Shown piece after piece: positions 55,101-64,000 of a DNA stretch of 64,000 nucleotides. Source of the stretch: Lytechinus pictus (taxonomy: Eukaryota); the NCBI RefSeq assembly GCF_037042905.1, contig NC_087252.1:6822001-6886000 (forward strand), written 5' to 3'. Under the pieces are notes generated by a model. The model had not been told where the DNA came from, searched no databases, and saw only the letters and a program-made list of their open reading frames with translations. Each line of letters opens with the position of its first letter. Position 1 is the stretch's first letter. The position numbers and the translations under genes were made by a program.

Positions 55101-58100
55101 CACTTACAGCTACGTCACCAAAGAGCGATGAAGAAAGTCCATAGTCTGATATCTTACATTGCTTTCTTTCTCCTAGCAAAACATTGTGAGCGCAGAGAGC
55201 CCCGTGGATGATCTGAAGAAAAGAGAAATACACTTGCAACTCTATATAGTCTTTAGGGTATTCATATACATTTATTTTGATCTCTGTGAAAGTCGACAAA
55301 TTTCCCGTCTTACATCTGTGTTAAAAAAAGGAGCGATAAACCATTCATATTCCAATTGTATGATTGATAATACCTGTAATGTTTCCAAAATAATTTAGGT
55401 TTAAGGAGAGTATGGCTGCCGAAAATATTTCTGATGACATGGTTGTACAGAGTTGCAACCCTAATTGCGAAAACGATTTTCTACTGTATCTTGGACCGGT
55501 CAAGTTTTCAAGTCTGACTTAAAGGGTCCATTTCAGCTTAAAGGGCGATTTTTATTTAAAAACCCAACTGCCTCCCTTTCTCCTCTTATACCCCTTTTTT
55601 GTTAAGGAATCTCATAAAAAATACCTTCTTAGATGCAAGGAACTGCATCCCTTTAGCAACCTGCCAAGCCAAGTTAAGTAGGGTACCCTCCTCAATACGA
55701 ACACCGTTTGGTTTGAGATTGCTGTACGTGGGTTGAGATTGCACCCCTGAAGTCTGTAGATGGGTAAGGAGTGTACCCCCTGAGATGAACTCATACAGAA
55801 TACTACCTGCATGCATAAATACACATCAAAAACTGTGGTGTTGACCGGTGTACATAGAGGACCACACCAGTTATTTTACACCGGTGTTAGTTTTACACCT
55901 AGAGGTGTCATTACAACACCTTTGGTAGTTACAATTACACGCTTTGTCTCGAGGGTGTAATTTTAGCACCTCGGGGTGTGGTCCTCTATTAACACCAACT
56001 GGTGTCAGTTCTAACACCGCAGTTTTTACAGTGTAATAGATTGTAATAGAAAGGAACACTCTGTGACGTCATGTTTAATAATTGTATCTTCTTCATTGTA
56101 ATTTAGGATAAGTATCCTTGCATTATCAAATGGAATGGATTGTTGTGTCTTCTCCTTTTGTTTTGGTGTAAGAACCCCCACCCCCTCCCCCTCTCTCTGT
56201 CTCTCACACACACACTCTCAATCTCTTCTAGGGGTTTTCACTCATCAGAAGGTGCAATGTGCCATCTTTTAATTGGTAACTACCTCTCTCTTGTGTCTCG
56301 TCGAGATGCCTTGGATGAGGGAAAGGGGCCAACGAACTCTTTAGCGATTATAACAAATATTGATATATTGTTGTTGTTTCCATCAGAGCCAATTATATTC
56401 CATATTGTCCAATTAAAAGGGCTTTACGTACCTTGTTCTTTACAATATCCTAGGCATTTGACAATATTTGGTTGATCCGATAGCTCGTAAAGTACCTTGA
56501 TGGCTTGAAGAACTTGTAATGATTTTGTCACGTGATCTAAGAGAGTGTATAGTATATAATGATATAATGGTATGACCTTTCATTTTAATATTCCCCTTCC
56601 GGAGTGTTTACCCTTGACCAATTTCTGGACAAGCAAAGAAAATATTAAAAAAATATATAAATATTACTATTATTCAAAATGGGGGCATGTTCCCCCCCCC
56701 TTCACGTTACCCCTGCCCCCCCCCCCCTCCTTCTTTGATCCCGGTGAAACTGAATTCAAGTGAAAGGGAAGCCTTTGGCATTAAAACTATTTAATTATTT
56801 ACTTTGGTTTCCAATCTGCTTGTTCAGAATGACATCCTATAACGATGTGGTAATAGCATAAATAATGAAATTAAAATTTAATTGAGGTGACAAATTAAGC
56901 ATGGCCTTCAAATATGAACTTCTCTCATTGTCATTAATCATTGTTAACTTTACAAGCTACAAACCATCACCTGGTATTTGCCTAATAGCAACGTCGAGAT
57001 GGTTTTGTTTTGATCGAAGGTCTCCCTTCCATACCTCGCCGAAGTCACCCCGCCCAATCGAGCCAAGTCTGGTGAAGAACGTCACGTTTTCACGGGCAAT
57101 GACGAAGGAGTGGGTAGAACCCAGTTTTAACGCTGTGTATGCTGTATTGTTTTAAAACATATATATTTTCCACTAAGTACAATTAAAATACTGTACATGT
57201 ACTTAGAACACCTAGTCCATTATGTCTGATCTTGTGAGATTTCTAATAAGTGTCTTGGTCAGTAATATCTTTGCAGTGAATATAAAGTAACTATGGATGT
57301 GAGATTAAGAAATAGAGGGATACTCCGAGCTGAAAATAATCATATCTAAAAAAATTCACTGAGCAAAGTGCTGAAAATGTTATAAAAATATGATCGCGAA
57401 AATAACTCAGTTAGTGAAATTTAAGATTTAGTAATATTTTGTGAAGTCATGTATATGCACATCGTCAGATGGACCGATGATGCCATACCCCCACTTTTTG
57501 TTCTTATGTTATTACATGAAAACATAATTGTCTAAAATGTTCATGCATGTTGTAAGATATGTCTCCCTTCTGACAAAATAATTGCAGTAATGAATATCCA
57601 ATACATGAAACCAGTTGTCAATTGAAATATTCTTTATTGTAGGAGGTGAAAATTTCAATAAACATTATTGCATATAATAAAATACTGAGTTACAAGTGGG
57701 AATAACAAGATCATCAATTAACTCACTGCATATTCATGAAGAAATGCAAAAAAACCTGTTATAGCGATAAAATAAAAATCTTTAAAATGTCATTACCTTG
57801 TTTTCCCCTTGATAAAATTTGTAATGCTTTGTTTGATTTTCCTTTATCTATTGAAATAATATTATTTTCAACCAGGGGTACCCGTTTAATAGTAGTGGTA
57901 TACATCATATAAAGAGTTCCCTCACACCACTAAGAATAAAGATAAGGTAAACACTTGCTGACGCTTAAAATATAATTTTCACTTATCCTTTTTATGTACC
58001 TTTGGCCTATATGCCATAGAGACCTTATTGTGAATTATCAGGGTGATAAAGATATAATATGGATGATGTTATTTTTTTTAAACAGAGCGCCCAAATCAAA

Positions 58101-60320
58101 GTAGTTGTACGAATGCATACTGTTTAATAGAAGGAAAAAAAATGACAACATAATACACGTTTATTTGAATAAGTAATATTTATATGGAGTTTATGGTTTA
58201 ATGTTACACAGCTTATATGCAGAATCAATAGAAAAGTTACAAAATCTCATTCTTGAGTAATTTCTCACCTCGATTTCCACTTTGAATCATCTCATAAGCC
58301 ACGTTGTCATTCATCTCCTGTGGTATATTTATTTCATTGCTGTAAAAAATATATAAATTGATTAGAGTTTATTTCATCTCATGAGAAATGATATTTTTGT
58401 TACATCCACTCAAAGGCATTTCATGGTACATATATATTAGCAACAATCGCAATGAGGGAAATGTTATATCAGTCAATGATTATTACCCATTATCAAAGTG
58501 TTCCTAAGAACGGGATTAGGAAAAACGTCTCAAAGAACGCCTTCATTATTTGAAGGATCTTGGTTTTTTCCCTATTGGAAATAAATCAAATATATATCTG
58601 TTCACATGAATTCATCCTTTGTCTTCCTATTTCCGTCAGTAAATGTGTATGTATCTCAGTAAAATTTATGCGTGAACGTTGTAATTTACTTTAATACTAA
58701 CCTGTGTGTTGAGGCGAAGTGTGTGTGGTTAGAAATGTGAGTGTGTTCCGTTCTTTTCAATGGTATAGGATGTTGTAAAGTTTGGTATAAATATGTGTGG
58801 TTATTTAGTATGGGCTGTTACAGTATCGGGTTTGAGGGTGTGCGCGAGTGGATGAATGTGTGGTGAGTGAGTGCAAGGTTGTACGGGCGTATTCGTAAGG
58901 TGAGTTAGAAGAGTGTGTGCATGCACGGGATGCGAGTTGTGTGTCAGAGGACGGGAGTGTTAGAGAGGGAGTGATGTGTTCGAGTGTGAGAGAGTTGTGT
59001 GTGTATGATAGGGAGCAAATGTGAAAGTGCAGGCAGTGTCTATAAAAGTGTGTGTATCTCTAATGATAAGTGTGAGTGCGTGGGTGTGTTTGAGATTATC
59101 TGAGTGAGTGTCTGTGCGTGTTTTTTTCATGTGGGGGAGAAAAAATGGTGTGCAAAATTGGTGGGTTTGGTTTAAAGGGGAATCCAACCCAAATAAAAAC
59201 TTGTTTTTATAAGGAAAAGAAAAATCAGACAAGTTGATAGGAGAAAGTTTGAACAATATTTGACAAACAACAAGAAAGTATCAGTGATCTCAATTTTATA
59301 AGCAGCTATAACTTTTCTATTGCTTGTCTGATTTCTTTCAAGCTTCCACCATTCTGTTTAATTTATTTTTCTCCTTCCCAACACAACATTTTATGGCCAA
59401 GGTTGGATTCCCCTTTAATAGAGATCTGTACATATTATAGATTCATTGTAGTCATATAAAATGTGAGCGTGGGTGTTGCCTTCTAGGGTGTGCGTGTATG
59501 TGTGTCCGACAAAATATTTTTCCTTCTACTTACCTCTTATTATTCTTTGACTCATGGAATTCTAGTGGATAAAGATATAAATATACACGTTTTTAATAGA
59601 GTGATGAAGAAAAAAAATGTAGCCATATGTAAACCGAGATGGCAAAATAAATTCAAGAGAGCACTCGAAGTCAAGATGCTCAAGATTTTGTATACCTTTG
59701 CTATCAACTTTCAGTTTTACCTCCCCTTGATAAAACATTAACGTATCAATGATCACTTAATATCCCACCTACTTGAATTATGGTATAGTAATTCTAACAC
59801 GATCTTACTAAGCGGAAATATGCTCAGATCTAGTTAACAAACATTCTTTAGATAAACGACAAGACACGATATGAGTAGCGGGCGGAAAATAATGTTGCTT
59901 TTATTTTCATGATCATCAGAATAAATACATTCCAACTTTGCACCTTTACAAATATTAGACGAGGAACACCTTTGAAGTTGCACCTTTGAACATGTTCCTC
60001 TTTTGTTGGAGTTATACTCTTTTAAATTGGTATGACTTTAGGTAACATGTCCATTGTTTTACCTCGTCTATGTAGTCAAGTTAAACAAGGGTTAACTTAT
60101 TACATTACATTACTTCTTCTTTTACATTCACATTTACTCTATGTGAATATAACTACTCAGTAATTACCTGGTTTGGTTTTTCTCCTAAGAAGAATGAACT
60201 GAATAATGTTGATGATGATAGAAGCTACTAAGAGGATGGCTAGGATAGCTATTCCAGCAGATGCTCCAGAACTCAAACCAGACGGTGCACAAGGACATGG
60301 TGTAGGCTCGGGTGTAGTCT
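46076..60320 (-). CDS. Gene B (5'-partial): receptor tyrosine pseudokinase with TM, juxtamembrane ITAM and Tyr-bearing tail
   Basis: Exons 60168-60320, 59534-59561, 58269-58339, 56971-57141, 56432-56536, 55625-55806, 55108-55212, 54687-54792, 47799-47895, 46802-46901, 46076-46135; all GT-AG, one open frame (1178 nt from a phase-1 start). Confidence 0.88.
46802..46901 (-). CDS. Gene B kinase subdomain XI exon
   Basis: YVVMTGCWDKEPQNRSNFDHILKSM. Confidence 0.88.
47799..47895 (-). CDS. Gene B kinase subdomain X exon
   Basis: GARPYPNMTFSSVQTEVANGYQMPHPRHCAQEV. Confidence 0.88.
49887..50296. mobile_element. Nested poly-G-ended MITE with 8-bp TSD
   Basis: CCTGGGAGGGGGTACT ... AGTACCCCC..CCGG; flanks CTTCTATG / CTACTATG. 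Confidence 0.7.
51969..52144. mobile_element. Nested MITE with 6-bp TSD (hAT6-like)
   Basis: CAGGGGTGTGAG / CTCACACCCCTG; CTGACT on both flanks. Confidence 0.8.
52536..53770. mobile_element. Nested TIR element with 5-bp TSD (hAT5-like)
   Basis: 34-bp TIR CAGTGTAGTAAAATCACGCGAAATCGTCATTACG (2 mismatches); TGTAT on both flanks. Confidence 0.85.
54687..54792 (-). CDS. Gene B kinase subdomains VIII-IX exon
   Basis: KPSRWSSPE...GDIWSFGIVLWEIVTLG, tyrosine-kinase-type signature. Confidence 0.92.
55108..55212 (-). CDS. Gene B kinase subdomains VIb-VII exon
   Basis: IIHGALCAHNVLLGERKQCKISDYGLSSSLFGDVA. Confidence 0.92.
55625..55806 (-). CDS. Gene B kinase subdomains V-VIa exon with short insert
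   Basis: ILYEFISGGTLLTHLQ..PTYSNL..LLNLAWQVAKGMQFLASKK. Confidence 0.92.
55822..56033. mobile_element. CAC-ended (EnSpm/CACTA-like) MITE
   Basis: TA|CACATCAAAAACTGTGGTGTT ... AACACCGCAGTTTTTACAGTG|TA. Confidence 0.7.
56432..56536 (-). CDS. Gene B kinase subdomains III-IV exon
   Basis: DHVTKSLQVLQAIKVLYELSDQPNIVKCLGYCKEQ. Confidence 0.88.
56971..57141 (-). CDS. Gene B kinase subdomains I-II exon
   Basis: AYTALKLG..IGRGDFGEVWKG..DVAIRQIP. Confidence 0.9.
58269..58339 (-). CDS. Gene B juxtamembrane exon NEINIPQEMNDNVAYEMIQSGNR
   Basis: 71 nt, phase 2-1. Confidence 0.82.
59176..59414. mobile_element. Internally deleted Kolobok-like MITE
   Basis: TTAA|AGGGGAATCCAACC ... GGTTGGATTCCCCT|TTAA. 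Confidence 0.85.
59534..59561 (-). CDS. Gene B 28-nt exon EFHESKNNK
   Basis: TAG/GTAAG sites, phase 1-2. Confidence 0.75.
60168..60320 (-). CDS. Gene B stalk + TM exon TTPEPTPCPCAPSGLSSGASAGIAILAILLVASIIINIIQFILLRRKTKP
   Basis: 153 nt, phase 1-1; 4 amino-acid differences from gene A. Confidence 0.88.
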
Positions 60321-61279
60321 CTGGTTAGTGAGAGAGTTTTATATCAGATGTTAATATAGATTGTGGAATTTAATTCATATGAATTAATTCGTAAACCTGT
60401 AAAATCGGATTTATCATAGATTATATTTCAACCATAATCATAGATTATAGTACAAACATACAGCAAGAGGTAGAAGGTCCATGCTGCAACCCAGTTTTTG
60501 GGACGACATTCTATAATAAAACCCGTGCAGTATGTCAGTCATCTATGGTCTCATTTCTAAATCTAATTATATGTCCATAATTATTTTCAATCTTCAAATT
60601 TGCCGCAAAACATATCACAAAATAGTAAAATAAATCACTGTCCTAAACTGAATTTCCTTTAAAAGACAAGAAAAAAAAAACGTCTGGGCCCGGATTCACA
60701 AGGAGAAATGACTAAGTTCTATAGAGCTATAATAACTTAGGGCTGAGCTAACTTATAGGGGGTTAGAATTTATATTTCACAAAGAAGGATAAGGTTAACC
60801 CAATAGTTAAAATGGTAGTTTTCTAGTCAATTTAATGTAATAATACTACAACTCATTAGTTGCGTAAGTAGTCGACAACTGTTAGAAGGCACAACATACG
60901 GGTAATGTGCAATTTTTTTATTTTACAAAGTTTTAAAGTCGCGAAGATGAAAGTCTATTTTTTGAAAATGTAATATGATATCTAGACAATAATTTCATAT
61001 AAATCTGCATCTCTCCCACTTGGGTTTGGCGCCACCCCCATTATTACATATACACGTATTTTATTGTATTTTACCTCATTAATTGTTCATGTTCAAACAT
61101 TAAATGAATGTGTTTGTGCTGGTGATGTGGTGTACTTAAGAGGTGCCTCGGCCTTTTGTCAGTATGTTTGAAGAATAGTGTGTTTGAAGATATTCCTTTT
61201 AACGAAAAAGTATTTCACTAACTGATGGCAGGTATGATGGGTATTATAATCCTGCAGTATAATGCCTTACTGAAAACAT

Positions 61280-61524
61280 TTATGATAAATATAAATGAAA
61301 ATTATAATGATAATGATAACAATGAAAATGATAATAGAGATAGCATTAATAATAATTGTTATAATACGAACAATAGTAATAATGATCATAAATAATAATT
61401 ACGATAATAATAATAATGTTCACAATGATAATAATGATGATAATAATAACATTAAATAATGACAATAAAACTAACAATGATCAGAATAATAATGCTGATA
61501 ATGACATATACTACTACTAATAAT
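61280..61524. repeat. Degenerate (AAT)n microsatellite
   Basis: AAT/GAT/AAC triplet run. Confidence 0.85.
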
Positions 61525-62737
61525 AGGTGTTTTGTAGCACCATCAACCTAAAAATATTCTTTTTGGCGGCGCACTGATATTTTTGTCATTGCAAAATGGA
61601 AAAGGGACTTCCCGAATAAATCCACCATCGAAAGAGGAACCTTGTAAATAAAATTTTGAAAGAAATTAATTTACACCTCTTCTTGAGCCCAGGAAAACAA
61701 CAACAAACGGACTTTGGACCCTATTATATCTTGAATACCAAAGCGAATTCCCATAACGTGTGCAAATAAATATCATATTGACATTGATCCTTACATATAT
61801 ACTGCCATGGACAATATATCTATAGATAAATGTGAGATTCGGTTACAAGTTTGAACCTGAATTTGACTCATTTTTAAGCATTAAGTTTTGTGCAGATTTG
61901 CATGTCGATTAATGTTTTCATTCTATCGTCGTTAAGAGATAGTATATAGCAATATTGAAGAGTGCACAGGCACAGTGACTACTTCCTAATATAATCTCCT
62001 CAAAAAAAGTTTGGAAATCTGACTTTCATCGATAATCCCTCCTCGGTTTTAGTGAATATTAATGGATAATTGATACTAATGGATAGATCATTCAATTATC
62101 TTTAAAATGATACCTTAAATTATATTATTATGGTTCACACGGAGGTGCAGTTTCTTTTGTTTTCATGCACCTTAACATCAACATTAACATGGAATCAAAC
62201 ACACCTCTGCAAAAGCAAACACATAAACAAAAAAACATGCATGGGTATTTTAAAACACGACTCAAACAATGCTATCTCACAGAACCATGACTACATAAGC
62301 CACAACAAAACATCGAAAATTAAGAAACAGGGGCTTGATTTGAATGGATTTTAATCGCTATTGACACAGACAAAAGAATCATGTTCTGTATTGACCATTC
62401 ATGACCATATCTGCTCGTTTTGCAGCCTTTTAATTCAGACCTCATCCAACACTTTTGAATCCTGCTCTTTTCATGATGTCATGATCATAACAAGCATGGT
62501 ATCAATTTAAATACATAATGATCTTTTGAATGATATCAAATATAAATTGTGTAAAATTGGGATAAATTAATGGCCAAACTCAAATGTCCAAACTTTTGTG
62601 ACGGGTATATTTAGAAATGTAATCCTGCTTACAATATATCAATCACTATGGCTTTTGTAGTGCACAATCTATCCGCCAAATATCTATGCTCCAGGCTTGA
62701 TGACAATCCCCTCGTTTGATTTGCCCCATGCAGTGAG

Positions 62738-63478
62738 CATGGACCTATGAAGAGATGGACATTCATCGCTTACTTAATGAATTCACTAACAGGTGACTGT
62801 AATTGTCCTCTGAATAACATTCTCTTCATACTAGTCTTCTTTGGTTCCATGATCGTCACCGTGAGAAGGGACGGAAGCAGTTCGTGACTGGACATTTATA
62901 TTTCACAAATTATATGCGCAATAGACAACAAATCACTTAAATCATGGCAAATCGATGTGCAGTTCTTTTTTACCTTTGGTACTCTTAGTTCCATATGTTT
63001 TATTTGGGAGAAATGTCTGCATATTTTAATATAGAGGCAATTTTGTGATTGATTGTTTACCATTTAAACTTTAATTTTCCCAAGTTTCTCCATAATATTC
63101 CAGATATACGTGGTACATAACATATATAGATCGTGTATCTCTCAATGTTATTGAGGTCCTTATGTGTGAGCGGTAGTTAGCGGATCGAATGATATCATAT
63201 TTTATATCATAAAGATCGTCTGCTTCTCAAGTTTGCCGCTCCAAATATGAAGCATGTTGACTGAAAGGCTCATGCTAAAACAGGGTATCATCCAACAAAA
63301 ATCAAGACCGGGTAACTGTTCCGTCTTTAGGTAATCAGATACGCCTTGGTAGTCATGGTAATTGCTATTGTTACAACACCTGTATGTTCTCATTAAGATG
63401 TGCATAACCAAGCGACGGTGACTATCATTGGACCAAAGAAATGCTCGCGTTGATAGTCCATCTCTTCATAGGTCCATG
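62738..63478. mobile_element. P-element-like MITE (CATG ends, 7-bp TSD)
   Basis: Perfect 23-bp TIR CATGGACCTATGAAGAGATGGAC; CAGTGAG on both flanks. Confidence 0.85.
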
Positions 63479-64000
63479 CAGTGAGTAACTTGCCTGCCTT
63501 CACACAAACCATATGTATAATATGAAATTTTAACAAAAGGCGTAACCTTAACTTTCTTTGATTGTATATACAAAGACAGGGGAGAAGTAAGTAATTCTAA
63601 GTAATAGGAGCATGTTGGAGGGATCACCCGCCCTCCCCCTCTAAATCTAAAATTTGATATATTCCATTCTCTCTTAAGGTAATGAACCAAATTTAGACAA
63701 CTAACGTATGGTGTACATTCTGATGGTATCATTATTTTTCATTATTTGTTGATAAATTTTCAGCTCGTGCACTTTGCTTTCTCAAATAACATCGAGTTGG
63801 AAAGTGACTTTTGATGCTCAATAGCCCACACTTATTCAATTCAGCATTTATTTCTAATTCATTAAAAATACAAGTTGATATCATGATCATGTACACGCAA
63901 AATCAGTGCCACTTCTTTTTGGACATACTGGACCACAGTCCCTTTTACTTGTTCTAATGTATTATTTGACCCTTCAAACCATAGTTTAAATACCACAATC

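Larger units (their letters stand above)
57135..60700. repeat. Paralogous segment matching ~13258-15640 plus ~23595-25110 (also ~61622-61795 vs ~27064-27245)
   Basis: Colinear intron and exon similarity readable by eye. Confidence 0.92.

Noticed and set aside
60700..64000. Ig exons of gene B
   Set aside because: Not found; in gene A the equivalent intron is ~6.5 kb, so they probably lie beyond the window

Overview
AT-rich, intron- and transposon-rich animal DNA. The repeat spectrum suggests a marine invertebrate deuterostome such as a sea urchin (inference, not verified). Most ORF-track entries are spurious. Manual splicing on the minus strand recovers two tandem paralogous receptor genes. 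Gene A (34288->13228, 8 coding exons, 420 aa) encodes a signal peptide, 3 Ig domains, a TM helix and a short tail with no kinase. Gene B (>60320->46076, 11 exons seen, 5' part not found in the window) has a near-identical TM segment, a canonical ITAM (YEMI-x6-YTAL) and a frame-intact tyrosine pseudokinase domain (VAIR, HGA, DYG). Gene A has lost both ITAM halves and the kinase, which resembles a signalling/decoy receptor pair. Other content: two copies of a SINE with a 7SL(Alu)-like head, an ~8 kb Zisupton-like insertion (8-bp TSD, empty site visible in the paralog) carrying a near-complete RTE LINE, a 6 kb TIR element with nested MITEs, a recent ~2 kb tandem duplication upstream of gene A, a decayed CR1/L2-group LINE, and many MITEs. 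All coordinates were counted by eye, and family names come from recalled diagnostics, not database searches.
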